Of a DNA stretch of 64,000 nucleotides, positions 10,197 to 20,294 are shown one piece after another. How positions within the stretch are numbered: position 1 is the first letter of the stretch; every line of letters begins with the position of its first letter. Below the pieces are notes generated by a model. The model was not told the origin of the DNA, made no database searches, and worked only from the letters and a program-made list of their open reading frames with translations. The DNA lies in IMG/VR virus record IMGVR_UViG_3300047994_000374, positions 310,001-374,000 of that record. One strand, 5' to 3'. Made by a program: the position numbers and the translations under genes.

Positions 10197-10939
10197 CGTC
10201 CTTTGACCATAATATCAGGAAGATTCAATGCTTTTCCCGATCCTTCAATTTTTACATTTTGTTGGGATTCTATTTTATCCTCATCTCCGCGGACTGGTTT
10301 TTTAATTCGAATTTTGTATTGACCTTCTGGCAATGAAGCTTGCCATTTTCCGGCACCGTTCGTTCTTGTCGTATAAACGGATTGACCATTATTCATATCG
10401 ATAACCTCAACATCTGCTAGAAATATGGCTTTTTGATTTTTATCAATGCATCGCTGTATAACTGGTATCTTTTTAATTTGCGATGTTTGCGCCGGAGTTT
10501 CATTTGGGGGTTGTGTTTTATTAAATGCAGACGCCGGAAATGTTGCCTCTGGATGATCGGTAAAAATAACCTCTCCATCGGCTCCTAACGAATTTTTGCT
10601 GAGTATAGGCGCTGGTTTCGTTTCTACTCTTGAAGTTCGTCTAGGAGTGCCGTCTGGAGCCGTAGGAATGACATTTACTGGGTCTGCGAAGATTGGAATA
10701 TTTCTTTCTGGGTCCGGTGGCGTTAAAGCAATGTTTGGTCGAAAAGGAGACTTATTAACTGCTTCAACGGTAAATTTTGGAGCTATTTCTTGCTGTTTTC
10801 CAAGTGCCGTTATAATTTCAGTAAGCTTATTTGATATCAAACTTATATTGAATTTCATATTAGCATTTTCAGCAATAAGAGTATTCATCTTTGCCTCCAT
10901 CTCTAATAATACATCTGTTGCTTTTCGCGTATCTGACAT
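10193..10939 (-). CDS. hypothetical protein, C-terminal prealbumin/carboxypeptidase-regulatory-like beta-sandwich
   Basis: TRTNGAGKW...LPEGQYKIRI. Confidence 0.55.
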   Translation of the reverse strand: MSDTRKATDVLLEMEAKMNTLIAENANMKFNISLISNKLTEIITALGKQQEIAPKFTVEAVNKSPFRPNIALTPPDPERNIPIFADPVNVIPTAPDGTPRRTSRVETKPAPILSKNSLGADGEVIFTDHPEATFPASAFNKTQPPNETPAQTSQIKKIPVIQRCIDKNQKAIFLADVEVIDMNNGQSVYTTRTNGAGKWQASLPEGQYKIRIKKPVRGDEDKIESQQNVKIEGSGKALNLPDIMVKGR

Positions 10940-10940
10940 C

Positions 10941-11609
10941 TTACACCTCGTTCAAAAATAAACCAACTTTTAAGCCAACCTTTTTAATAATTATGATATC
11001 TTCCATTGGAATAGGGTGCCCATCGCAAAGCTCATGCGTCCCTATAAAAAGAGCATAAGCCTCTTCCTCAATCTCTTCCATTGGACCAGAACAAATTGGC
11101 ACGCCTGCAACAATAAGTAAAAATGTATTTTGTTTTAAATCTGATACAATTCCAAGTAAATCTAACTTATTGTCTTGATGACTTTTTTCAATATCACTAT
11201 CATCTGGAAGTCCGGGTGAAGTTGGTGGAGCAGGAGGCAAACCCAATGCTTCGTCCGATACAAAGTCATTATTATCAATCATAGGGTGATCTAAATCAAG
11301 TCCAGTCAAATCGTCAAAAATATTACTGCCGACCCAACTTTGCTCATTGTTATTACCTACATTAAGAAATGGCGTAGAACGAGAGGCAGCGAATTCAGCA
11401 GTCGCATAAGGCACTGGATGAATCGTCTGCCTCTCAGCTCTTACTTCAGGTAAAGTCATCTTTTTAATAGCCATACCGCCAGGAACGATGGTTGCACCTA
11501 CTTTAATTGGCTCAAACCCTCGTTGTACATATTCTGGCAAATATGGTTTGGCATCCGAATTTTCTTCTCGTGCCGGATTTTTGAAATATGATTTTACCTT
11601 GTCCGTCAT
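10941..11609 (-). CDS. hypothetical protein
   Basis: 222-aa ORF. Confidence 0.65.
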   Translation of the reverse strand: MTDKVKSYFKNPAREENSDAKPYLPEYVQRGFEPIKVGATIVPGGMAIKKMTLPEVRAERQTIHPVPYATAEFAASRSTPFLNVGNNNEQSWVGSNIFDDLTGLDLDHPMIDNNDFVSDEALGLPPAPPTSPGLPDDSDIEKSHQDNKLDLLGIVSDLKQNTFLLIVAGVPICSGPMEEIEEEAYALFIGTHELCDGHPIPMEDIIIIKKVGLKVGLFLNEV

Positions 11610-11613
11610 TTTA

Positions 11614-11985
11614 TTATCTTTCTTCCTTATACTTCTTTTTATTCTTTTCTGGATTTTTAGCCTTTAAAGTTGCTTCAAATGCCTTGCGTCGAGATTCATT
11701 CTTCTTTTGTCGTTTTTTATCAGAAGGTTTTTCAAATGATTGCTTTTCTTTATATACCGACAAAATTCTTTCTTTTTGTACAATGGCTCGGAAAGCTCTA
11801 AATGCTTTATCAAAGTTATTACCACCCATAATTTTCACCTCTAATGGTTTAGCTTGAATGGGGATAATCTTATCAGCGGCAATAGAATTAGTTGTTGAAC
11901 TAATATTGCTTTCGCTGTTGCCTTGCGATTCACCCCCTTTCGATCGGCTGTTGGAGTTATATCTGCTATCTTTATCGTCTCTCAT
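11614..11985 (-). CDS. rpsU: ribosomal protein bS21 with N-terminal extension
   Basis: VKIMGGNNFDKAFRAFRAIVQKERILSVYKEKQSFEKPSDKKRQKK matches the bS21 pattern. Confidence 0.85.
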   Translation of the reverse strand: MRDDKDSRYNSNSRSKGGESQGNSESNISSTTNSIAADKIIPIQAKPLEVKIMGGNNFDKAFRAFRAIVQKERILSVYKEKQSFEKPSDKKRQKKNESRRKAFEATLKAKNPEKNKKKYKEER

Positions 11986-11998
11986 CTAATTACCAATT

Positions 11999-13315
11999 TT
12001 AACCTTGTTTGTTTAAATACTGATCTGTGTTTATATTACTGTTAAGCATAAGTTTATCTTTAATTAAGCGTTTAAGTGTGTTATCTATATCTTTTTCCGT
12101 AGGAGATTTTCGATTTTTAGCGAGAGCCTCGAACATTGAAGATACATAAAGTTCTTTTAAATAAGCGTATGAAAAATTATATCTGACTGCAGTTGTTGAA
12201 ATTTCTTTGTATTTAGCTTTTGAAATCATTTTTCCGAACCACTTAGAAAGATATTTTTCAGTCATCTCCTTGGTTGGTAGAGGAATCTCAAATTTCCTAT
12301 CAAACCGTGAGGGACGATCAATAATGGATGGTTTTAATTTATGGACATAATTTGCTGTTGCTAAAACGAATAATCCATTTTTAGATGAGATGCCATCCAT
12401 TAAATTTAAGAATGTGGAAAGGTCGATATTCTTTTCTAAAAGTGAATCAAGGTCTTCGAAATAAAGAAGCGATGGACTTTGTTCTTCAGCATAAGAAAAT
12501 GCCTCTCGAATAATTTCATCATTGGCAGCTGCAGTTATAGTAATTGGTTTAAAATCATATTCTGAGATAATCGTTCTTATTAATGAGCTTTTACCATTTC
12601 CTGGGGCTCCATGAAGAATGCATCCTGTCTTCCAAGCGATCTTATTATCTTCATAAAATTGCTTTGATCCAAGAAAATTTTCAATGTATTTTTTGATATC
12701 ATTTTTGAGATTTTGTGGAAGAAATAAATCTTCCCACTTGTTATCTTTCGTATAGGACATATCATCGCCGTCAATAACCTTAATATGCAGATTAGACCTG
12801 TCACGCGCTTTACACCACTTTTCAAAAGAATTTCTTAAAACCAAATAACTATCATAATTTGCTTCAGAAACAATATTAAAAAAACTGACTTCATCTTCGT
12901 TCTGATTTCCCTTATGGTAAAGTGCCGCATGAATAAACTCTACATTATTAGAGCTGATGTGAAAAACACCCTGCATAAAGAACTTTTCGAAATTTTCATC
13001 TGAATTCCAAGAAATAACTGAATCCTTAAATAAGCAAGTAATTTTCAGTTTATTTTCTTTTGCGAATTGAATAAACTGACCGTCAATCAAAATTGTATTA
13101 TGAACGAACTTATTTAGATTTTCTTGATCCACTAATGCTTCTGAAAAATTACTCATGGTCCAATTCATTAAATCAATGAAATTTGCATTTGGACGATTTT
13201 CAAGCGCAATATTTCTTGATAATGAAGAATCAGGATCAAATGCAATATTTTTCAATAATTCTTTTGTTAAAGCTTCTTGGGACTTTACTTCTTGCGCTGT
13301 TAAATGTCTTGACAT
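11999..13315 (-). CDS. AAA+ ATPase
   Basis: GAPGNGKS, LLYFEDLD, RPSRFD. Confidence 0.9.
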   Translation of the reverse strand: MSRHLTAQEVKSQEALTKELLKNIAFDPDSSLSRNIALENRPNANFIDLMNWTMSNFSEALVDQENLNKFVHNTILIDGQFIQFAKENKLKITCLFKDSVISWNSDENFEKFFMQGVFHISSNNVEFIHAALYHKGNQNEDEVSFFNIVSEANYDSYLVLRNSFEKWCKARDRSNLHIKVIDGDDMSYTKDNKWEDLFLPQNLKNDIKKYIENFLGSKQFYEDNKIAWKTGCILHGAPGNGKSSLIRTIISEYDFKPITITAAANDEIIREAFSYAEEQSPSLLYFEDLDSLLEKNIDLSTFLNLMDGISSKNGLFVLATANYVHKLKPSIIDRPSRFDRKFEIPLPTKEMTEKYLSKWFGKMISKAKYKEISTTAVRYNFSYAYLKELYVSSMFEALAKNRKSPTEKDIDNTLKRLIKDKLMLNSNINTDQYLNKQG

Positions 13316-13339
13316 CGATCCGTTTAAGTCTTTCTTTGA

Positions 13340-15133
13340 TTAGGCTGCGGGTTGTAAAATAGGGTCATTTTTAATATTTCTGCAATACGGAAAATTTTGA
13401 CATGAAGTAAAGTTATTTCCGGAGCTTGTATTTCTATGAACCATGGGGAAATCGCATTTTTCACAAAGCTCCCCACCATTATCTAAATAAGCTTTCTTTA
13501 ATTCTTTTTTAAATCCTGGGAAAAAATTATTTAATGCTTCCAAAGAAGTAGTTTTATCAATCGCGATATCATCTAACAACTTCTCTAACTTGGCAGAAAA
13601 ATTATAATCCATGAAAGAAAAATTCTTTACAAGTACATCCGTAATTGTTTTACCGAGTTCCGTTGCATGATATACATTTCCACGACGCTCGACATACAAA
13701 CGATTAGTAATAGTTCCTAATAGGGAAGCGTAGGTGCTTGGACGACCAATACTCTTATTAACAAGCTCTTTGATTAATTTATCTTCTGAATATCGAGCGG
13801 GAGGCTGTGTCTCTTTTTTATCCAATTTTACAGGGTCATCACCATATAAATGTAAGTTATCGCCTTTTTGTAAGGATGGTAAATCAATTTTACCTTCTTC
13901 TGCATTTCCTAAAATTTTAAGATATCCTTTTTCTTTTAGGGCTTTACCTGATGCTTTAACTTCCAATTTAGGATCGTTTTTAATGTGAGCGGTAATTTTC
14001 AATGTATCAAAAATAGCAGGTGTCATTTGAGATGCTACGAAATATCTCCAAATCGCCTCATAAACCAGCTTCTCATTTTTATCAACCATAGCGAAGTTAG
14101 TTTGAGGAGTTAAAGTAATATCAGATGGTCTAATGCATTCGTGGGCATCCTGAGCTGCATCTTTATTTTTAAAGACATTGTGTTTAGCTGGAACAGCATA
14201 GCTATTTTGGGTTAACCAATCGCGAACATCTTTAATCGCTTCATCGGAAATACGAACAGAATCAGTTCTATGATAAGATATATACCCGCCCTCATAAAGA
14301 GTTTGTGCGGCTTTCATCGTTTGATCTGAGCTAATATTGTATTGCTTTGACATAAGGCGCTGAAGTGTGGATGTAATTAGTGGAGCTGGTGTTGGACGGC
14401 TTTCCAACTCGGAAACAACATTACTTACAACATAATCTGCATTTTTGGCAGATAGTTTATTGTAAATAACTTTCGCATCTACTTCATTCGTTGGTCTTCC
14501 AGAATATTTTGCAACAAAGCTATCTTGATCATCTTTCGATAAATTCGCCTGCAATGTCCAAAATTCTTCTGGAATGAATGTTTCTATTTCCCTTTCACGA
14601 TCAACAATCATCCGAGTAACAACTGATTGGACACGACCTGAAGAAAGTTTAGGTCCAAAAAAATTCATTAAGAATGGTGATGACATAAATCCAACAAGAC
14701 GATCAAGAATGCGGCGTGTTTGTTGTGAATGAACTAATTTTTCATCAACATCACGAAGTTCTTTCAGAGCTTTTTGAATTTTTGATTTTTTGATTTCATT
14801 AAAGATGGCGCGCTTGATTGGAATATTTAAATCTGCCAAGCGCTCTTGAAGATCCCAAGAAATTTTCTCGCCTTCAAGATCGGCGTCAGTACAAAGAATA
14901 ATTTCATCACATTTCTTCGCGGCTTTCATTAAAGCATCCAGTGTTTCTACCTTATCTGCTTGTAAAACATATTTAGGTTTGAAATTATTATTAATATCAA
15001 TTCCAAATCCAAATTTACCACCCTTGGCAAGATCACAAATATGACCTTTAGATGCTAACACAATGTAATTTTTACCCAAATATTCTTGTATTTTTACGGC
15101 TTTTGCAGGGGACTCAACTATGATTAATTTCAT
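13340..15133 (-). CDS. topA: type IA DNA topoisomerase I
   Basis: MKLIIVESPAK, TDADLEGE, SSGRVQS, ISYHRTDS, AQDAHECIRP, IGRPSTY, C-terminal zinc ribbon. Confidence 0.95.
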   Translation of the reverse strand: MKLIIVESPAKAVKIQEYLGKNYIVLASKGHICDLAKGGKFGFGIDINNNFKPKYVLQADKVETLDALMKAAKKCDEIILCTDADLEGEKISWDLQERLADLNIPIKRAIFNEIKKSKIQKALKELRDVDEKLVHSQQTRRILDRLVGFMSSPFLMNFFGPKLSSGRVQSVVTRMIVDREREIETFIPEEFWTLQANLSKDDQDSFVAKYSGRPTNEVDAKVIYNKLSAKNADYVVSNVVSELESRPTPAPLITSTLQRLMSKQYNISSDQTMKAAQTLYEGGYISYHRTDSVRISDEAIKDVRDWLTQNSYAVPAKHNVFKNKDAAQDAHECIRPSDITLTPQTNFAMVDKNEKLVYEAIWRYFVASQMTPAIFDTLKITAHIKNDPKLEVKASGKALKEKGYLKILGNAEEGKIDLPSLQKGDNLHLYGDDPVKLDKKETQPPARYSEDKLIKELVNKSIGRPSTYASLLGTITNRLYVERRGNVYHATELGKTITDVLVKNFSFMDYNFSAKLEKLLDDIAIDKTTSLEALNNFFPGFKKELKKAYLDNGGELCEKCDFPMVHRNTSSGNNFTSCQNFPYCRNIKNDPILQPAA

Positions 15134-15141
15134 GTTATATA

Positions 15142-15549
15142 GTGGAACTTTTCTTTGGCGATAATGTTCAAAAGTTGTTTTCAGATCTTTTAAATGATAT
15201 TGATTGTCATGAATATACAAAATCTTATCTAATCAGCATTCTCACAAAATATAAATCCGCACAGCTCGATTACTCAAAAAATAGTATAACTCTTCTTTTT
15301 GGAAATGCAAGAGATCGTAGGGATTTTCATTTATATCAAAGTTTGGGAGATTGGTTATTTTTTTCATCCGTTTGCTTTCCAGAACATTTAAAGCATGCTG
15401 ATAGGAATTATTATCGAGATATTACCAGATTATCTTACTATGGATGCTATGAACTCATTAATCGGCAGGTAAAAATTTACCAAGAATTAGCTGACCAACT
15501 TATTATATTAGAATCCGAAGTTAAAGAAAGAATAAAAATTCTTCGTTAA
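15142..15549 (+). CDS. hypothetical protein, divergent from topA
   Basis: 135-aa ORF, GTG start; LGDWLFF...FPEHL...YY. Confidence 0.6.
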   Translation: MELFFGDNVQKLFSDLLNDIDCHEYTKSYLISILTKYKSAQLDYSKNSITLLFGNARDRRDFHLYQSLGDWLFFSSVCFPEHLKHADRNYYRDITRLSYYGCYELINRQVKIYQELADQLIILESEVKERIKILR

Positions 15550-15980
15550 TAATTATACTTACCTTTGCTGTTTTTCGTTTCTAATTTAATTGGCTTACTT
15601 AAAAAAATCCAAGATACATGATTATTAGAACATGTTGCATACCCGGCAAAAATTGGACGATTAAAAATTTCTTTCATGCAATAATGAATTTTAGGACTAA
15701 ATCCTTTATAATCAATTGACAAATTAAATAATCTTAATTTGTTTTTAAGGCTTGGTAAATCAATATTTTTACCAACACTAAATTCTTCTTTAATAAAATT
15801 TTTAATCCACTCGGTAATTTTAAAATGTTCTTGTGGTGTTTTTACTGGTCCTGCTAATCGAATAGCGTAAGTAAATGAAGGTTTTCCGCCACAAACGGAA
15901 CAACGAGCACGCATTTTAAAAACTGAAGAAATTGGAATACAAACTTTTAAATTATTTACCATTATCATCAATAATAGCAA
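15546..15980 (-). CDS. hypothetical protein (start probably MRARC)
   Basis: ORF with CxxC; sigma70-like promoter upstream. Confidence 0.5.
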   Translation of the reverse strand: MLLLMIMVNNLKVCIPISSVFKMRARCSVCGGKPSFTYAIRLAGPVKTPQEHFKITEWIKNFIKEEFSVGKNIDLPSLKNKLRLFNLSIDYKGFSPKIHYCMKEIFNRPIFAGYATCSNNHVSWIFLSKPIKLETKNSKGKYNY

Positions 15981-16010
15981 TTATGTAATTAATGTCAATG
16001 GTTGAATATA

Positions 16011-16361
16011 TTATTTTTTAATTAATTCAACGGGATCACCAATTTTGATACCAGTTTTTTTAACTGTTCCAAATGGTAGCTCAACTACCAAATCACTAAA
16101 ATCATCAGATCCAATTATTCTCGTGGAGTGTGCTTCGCCATGATGAATTTGAGATACCTTACCAGATTTACAGAAAACAATATCTAATGGCATCTTTACA
16201 TTGCACATCCAAAACTTATTTACTTGTGGGTAATTATAAGCAAATGACATGACAGGATGTGGCGGATCAATGTACATCAGTCCTTTGCTATGCTCATGAA
16301 CTGTTTGAGCAATAAGCGTCTCAAATATTTGGTCAGCTATCCAAACAATACCATCTTTCAT
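16011..16361 (-). CDS. DUF192 family protein
   Basis: GLMY, FWMCNVKMPLDIVF, VVELPFG...GIKIGD. Confidence 0.8.
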   Translation of the reverse strand: MKDGIVWIADQIFETLIAQTVHEHSKGLMYIDPPHPVMSFAYNYPQVNKFWMCNVKMPLDIVFCKSGKVSQIHHGEAHSTRIIGSDDFSDLVVELPFGTVKKTGIKIGDPVELIKK

Positions 16362-17755
16362 TTTTTATTCGCGTACATTTTTGAAAGGTCTTGAAGTTGC
16401 TTGTGTTGTAGTAATTTTTTGAGTTTTTCTTGTTGCATTTTATCTAATCGAACAGATGAATCGCCAAGAGTTCCATCGCCGAGCATATTTGTAAAAGAAG
16501 ATGTAAAATCACGACCATGAACGGTAGCATTTAAAGCTTTCATTAATTCTTTGATTTTAAAAATTTCTTTATTCATGGCGCCTAACTCTGTTGATAAGAA
16601 CTGTGGATTTAATTCTTTTTCCAATGAATCCATTACTTTATCCATTACTTTCATACAGTTATCGGCAATGTGGTAAATATCTAAACGAAAAGCTGATGTT
16701 TTATCGAATGGACTTAATTGGTGTTTCATTTTGCCAAACCACTTATCAACAACATTTTGGGCGACAGTTTCAAGTGAGTCCGCAGATTTTTTAGCTGGAT
16801 TATTTTTGTTATTTAATATTTCGGCGAGAGTATTTCCCTGCACTTGATATTGAGCTTTAGCCTTTGTAAGTAGATCTTGATAGGCTCTATTAATTTGTGG
16901 AATTAGTTCAGCTTTATTTTTATTTGCTTCGTCATTATATTTAACATTAAGCGCCCAAAGTTCTGAAGTATCCAAATCTATAAAGTTATCGGCATTCTTT
17001 TGAAAATCTTTAAGGATGTTATCGATAATTTGTGGATCAATTATCTTCGTAGAATCAGATGGAGCTGTAGTCGTTGTAACAGGGGCGTTGATATTACCAC
17101 CTTCTTGATTTACCGTATTGCCCAAAGTCGATTGATAAGCATTAAGCCCCGCCAAAATAAATGACCAATTATTTTCGATCTTATCTATAATTTTAGAGGC
17201 TGCGAAAATACTCTCGGGACCTGAACCTGTAATGACTGCTTGAAGCCTTTTTAAATCTTTATTCAAGTCTACTGCTGCCGTAAGCAAAGACATACGATAC
17301 TTTTTAATTCGACCCTTATCGCCAGTGCTTGGACTTAATAAACGAGCAAAGAAGCGAGACAATGGATTTGAAGCTTCTGAAATCAAATAATATGAATGGT
17401 CATTTGCGGCGAGTTGTTGCCCTAAATTTACCGGCTGATTATTTTGTTTCGGTTGGGATTTCTTGCGATTTTTAGAATACTCAATTTGTTCTCTAATAAT
17501 TGAGTTTGCTTCGGTTGCTAAGGTTTGAAAATCAGAAGCCAAAACACCAATGATCGTTACTGGATCGGCGGGAATTGGCTCGGTGATTTTTGATTTTTCT
17601 TTAAAAAATTCGTTCGGGGCGCCATTCATTAGCTTTTTAAAGTGGATTAAGTCATTAATAAAAACTGAGCATCGTTTGTTGAATGATGCTTTTGTTTGTC
17701 TTAATTTCTCTTGAACAGGGTCAGAAGATGGTTTTCTTGCCTCTTTTACGAACAT
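16358..17755 (-). CDS. hypothetical helical protein, possibly virion-associated
   Basis: 465-aa ORF. Confidence 0.7.
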   Translation of the reverse strand: MFVKEARKPSSDPVQEKLRQTKASFNKRCSVFINDLIHFKKLMNGAPNEFFKEKSKITEPIPADPVTIIGVLASDFQTLATEANSIIREQIEYSKNRKKSQPKQNNQPVNLGQQLAANDHSYYLISEASNPLSRFFARLLSPSTGDKGRIKKYRMSLLTAAVDLNKDLKRLQAVITGSGPESIFAASKIIDKIENNWSFILAGLNAYQSTLGNTVNQEGGNINAPVTTTTAPSDSTKIIDPQIIDNILKDFQKNADNFIDLDTSELWALNVKYNDEANKNKAELIPQINRAYQDLLTKAKAQYQVQGNTLAEILNNKNNPAKKSADSLETVAQNVVDKWFGKMKHQLSPFDKTSAFRLDIYHIADNCMKVMDKVMDSLEKELNPQFLSTELGAMNKEIFKIKELMKALNATVHGRDFTSSFTNMLGDGTLGDSSVRLDKMQQEKLKKLLQHKQLQDLSKMYANKK

Positions 17756-17778
17756 ACATTAATGCAAGAATATGGATC

Positions 17779-18372
17779 TTATCCTATAATTTCGTCTATT
17801 ATTCCATAATCAAGGCTTTGTTTTGCGCTTAACCATTTATCTTGGGCACAATCAGCTTTTAACTTTGCCAAAGAGTGCCCCGTATGTTTGGCTAAGATTT
17901 TCATAATAGTATCGTTATTTTCAGTCAAATACTCAAAATAATTCTTACTGGTGGTTAAATCTTGGTCTGGTAATGGAAATCCAAATTGAATGCCATGAAT
18001 CATGACTTTGGACGATTTTAATGCCAAACGATGTCCTTTAGCTCCAGCCGCCAAAATAACTGCGCCAGCTGAATAACACTTGCCCATCAGTATCGTTGTA
18101 ATGGGCGCTGTAATCATTTGCATCACATCATAGATGTTTGCCAGTCCTGAAGCATCTCCGCCGTTAGAATTCAAATAGAGAGCAATAGGCGCCTCCGAAT
18201 CTTTATGATTGTAATAAAGAAGCATTGCGGAAAGTTCAGCTGCCGACTTTTTGGTTACATCTTCAGAGAAAAAAATCGTTCGACTGGCAGCTAACTTTAC
18301 ATAAGTTTCACCATAGCCCATTAGTAATGGCTGATGCATTTGATCTTCGTGTTCGTGATTTTTATTTCGCAT
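17779..18372 (-). CDS. clpP: Clp protease proteolytic subunit, catalytic triad intact
   Basis: LYLNSNGG, CYSAGA (Ser), MIHG (His), QDKWLSA (Asp), YGIID. Confidence 0.92.
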   Translation of the reverse strand: MRNKNHEHEDQMHQPLLMGYGETYVKLAASRTIFFSEDVTKKSAAELSAMLLYYNHKDSEAPIALYLNSNGGDASGLANIYDVMQMITAPITTILMGKCYSAGAVILAAGAKGHRLALKSSKVMIHGIQFGFPLPDQDLTTSKNYFEYLTENNDTIMKILAKHTGHSLAKLKADCAQDKWLSAKQSLDYGIIDEIIG

Positions 18373-18946
18373 GATTAACAATTCCATCCAAAAATCCATA
18401 TTTCAGCGCTTCTTTAGGATTCATATACACTCGTCTATCATAATCGACTGAAACTTGCTTAACTGTTTTACCAGAGCTTTTTGATAAAATTTCCATAATT
18501 CGTTTATTATCTACGATAGATTGCTCTAAAATAGACTTCGCATCGGTCAAATCAGCTCGCATTGCCCAATCATGAGTCAATTGGGTAACTGAAATGCAAG
18601 AATTTTTGGTAGCAAATCGCATTCCTTTTTCGCCTCCCATTAAAATAAGAGCCGCTTCATCTGTTGCCTCGCCAATGCAAATGGTTTCTACCGGCGCCTC
18701 AATCATTTGCATCACATCATAAATCATAAGGGCGTTTCGAATATCTCCTCCCTCCGAATTAATGAACAATGTAATTTTTGGTTCTGAATTTTCTGCATCT
18801 TTTAAAAGTAAGGTAGCAACAATATCTGTTGCTAACTCATCCGTTAATGTATTACAAATAAATAAAATTCTATCATTCGCTAACTTCTGATAGACATCCA
18901 TTGGTTGAGGTCCTAATTCAGTCTCTTCTAAAACAAGTGTATTCAA
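18362..18946 (-). CDS. ClpP-fold subunit with catalytic triad lost (ClpR-like)
   Basis: MDVYQKLANDRILF, LFINSEGG, YGFLD; ATDEAA, SVTQ and DRRVY replace the Ser/His/Asp motifs. Confidence 0.85.
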   Translation of the reverse strand: MNTLVLEETELGPQPMDVYQKLANDRILFICNTLTDELATDIVATLLLKDAENSEPKITLFINSEGGDIRNALMIYDVMQMIEAPVETICIGEATDEAALILMGGEKGMRFATKNSCISVTQLTHDWAMRADLTDAKSILEQSIVDNKRIMEILSKSSGKTVKQVSVDYDRRVYMNPKEALKYGFLDGIVNHAK

Positions 18947-18954
18947 TTTTTACT

Positions 18955-19314
18955 TTATCGCTTTCTTTGTTTTAATTCTAATTCACGAGCTTCGGCACAA
19001 CCTACGCAAGTCTGGACGCATGCATTAAATTGCAAGCGCTTTTCTGGGATTTGCTCTTCGCAATCCAAGCAGAGTCCAAAAGTATTGTGTTCGATCTTGA
19101 TAAGCGCTTCATCTATTTGTTTTAATTTATTTACATTTCGAAGTTGAAGTTGCCTTGCCGTTTCAGCTAAAATTTTTGCTTGAATGGCATCCGTATCGTC
19201 GCCGTCTGAATCAATAATCTCGTCCTTATTAATTTGTGCTACTTGACGAAGAATTTCTTCTTTTTGTTCCAAGAGTGCTTTTTTCATTTTTCTTATAAAA
19301 ACTTTCCCTATCAT
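18955..19314 (-). CDS. dksA: DksA/TraR family C4 zinc-finger protein
   Basis: coiled coil with DDTDA tip, FGLCLDCEEQIPEKRL...TCVGC. Confidence 0.85.
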   Translation of the reverse strand: MIGKVFIRKMKKALLEQKEEILRQVAQINKDEIIDSDGDDTDAIQAKILAETARQLQLRNVNKLKQIDEALIKIEHNTFGLCLDCEEQIPEKRLQFNACVQTCVGCAEARELELKQRKR

Positions 19315-19377
19315 TAGGAATCCAATGTTGAATTTTGATTACGAATTATAATCAGATGTAATTGAAAATATGCCTTT

Positions 19378-19749
19378 TTAAATATTTTGTGGTGGATTTT
19401 TATCATTCTGCTCATCTTTACCAAGGCTGTCAATGTCTAATGTCTTTGTAAGTATTAAGTTTATTTTCCTTTCAAATCGAAATTTTAAATACTTTTGAAC
19501 CTTACGAATATTTTTTCCTAAGGTTTCATCAAAATAAATAGCTCCACGCTTATCATTTTGTAATACAAGTGTCCCAAAATTTTTAATCTTAATTTGCTCT
19601 CCCTCTTCAAGATCTTTCAGAATTTCTTCAAATAGTATGTTTGCAATAGAGATCATGTGCCTAATAGTGGTAATGGGATTATTGGTTCGCCAAGCATAAG
19701 CTACCAATTCTTTTTTCTCAAATAAGTTTTTATTTTGTTTTTTTTTCAA
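19378..19749 (-). CDS. HU/IHF-like DNA-binding protein
   Basis: KKELV...LFEEILKDLEEGEQIKIKNFGTL...LKFR. Confidence 0.7.
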   Translation of the reverse strand: MKKKQNKNLFEKKELVAYAWRTNNPITTIRHMISIANILFEEILKDLEEGEQIKIKNFGTLVLQNDKRGAIYFDETLGKNIRKVQKYLKFRFERKINLILTKTLDIDSLGKDEQNDKNPPQNI

Positions 19750-20294
19750 GTAATTTCCGATAAGCTATCATGAAACTTAATAAACGATTGCAGCGCCTTA
19801 AACTCATTGCCATAATCTGTGCATTTTTTCCAATTTAAACTTATTTCTTTCAATTGCTCCATGCCTGCTAAAAATGTTGCTTGAAGATAAGTTGTACATG
19901 GCGACCATCCCTTACCATCTATGTTTAAAGCTAATAGAGGTTCCGACCATGAAACATCACCTTCACTACAAAAAGCACCATAAATAGGAGCATCTTTCAA
20001 ATGAACAATTAAAGCATAATCATATGGTTTGCTGCCATCGGATGGTCCTCCTTCATAACAATCACCAAGTAAAACTTTAAAACTTTTTTGATTGGCTATA
20101 TTCACTTCACATCCGTAAATTTTATTTACAATATCTCCAAACTCTCCTGTAAAGGTCAAAGTTTCGGGCAATAAGAATAAAGGATCTGTTAATAGCTTAC
20201 TTGCATCAATATTTACATGCGACGATGGAATGATGCCAAAGTTTGCGAAAATATGGCGAACGATTTCTTGTGTTAACTTGTTATTATGACTCAT
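19746..20294 (-). CDS. hypothetical protein
   Basis: 182-aa ORF with stop/start overlaps. Confidence 0.65.
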   Translation of the reverse strand: MSHNNKLTQEIVRHIFANFGIIPSSHVNIDASKLLTDPLFLLPETLTFTGEFGDIVNKIYGCEVNIANQKSFKVLLGDCYEGGPSDGSKPYDYALIVHLKDAPIYGAFCSEGDVSWSEPLLALNIDGKGWSPCTTYLQATFLAGMEQLKEISLNWKKCTDYGNEFKALQSFIKFHDSLSEIT

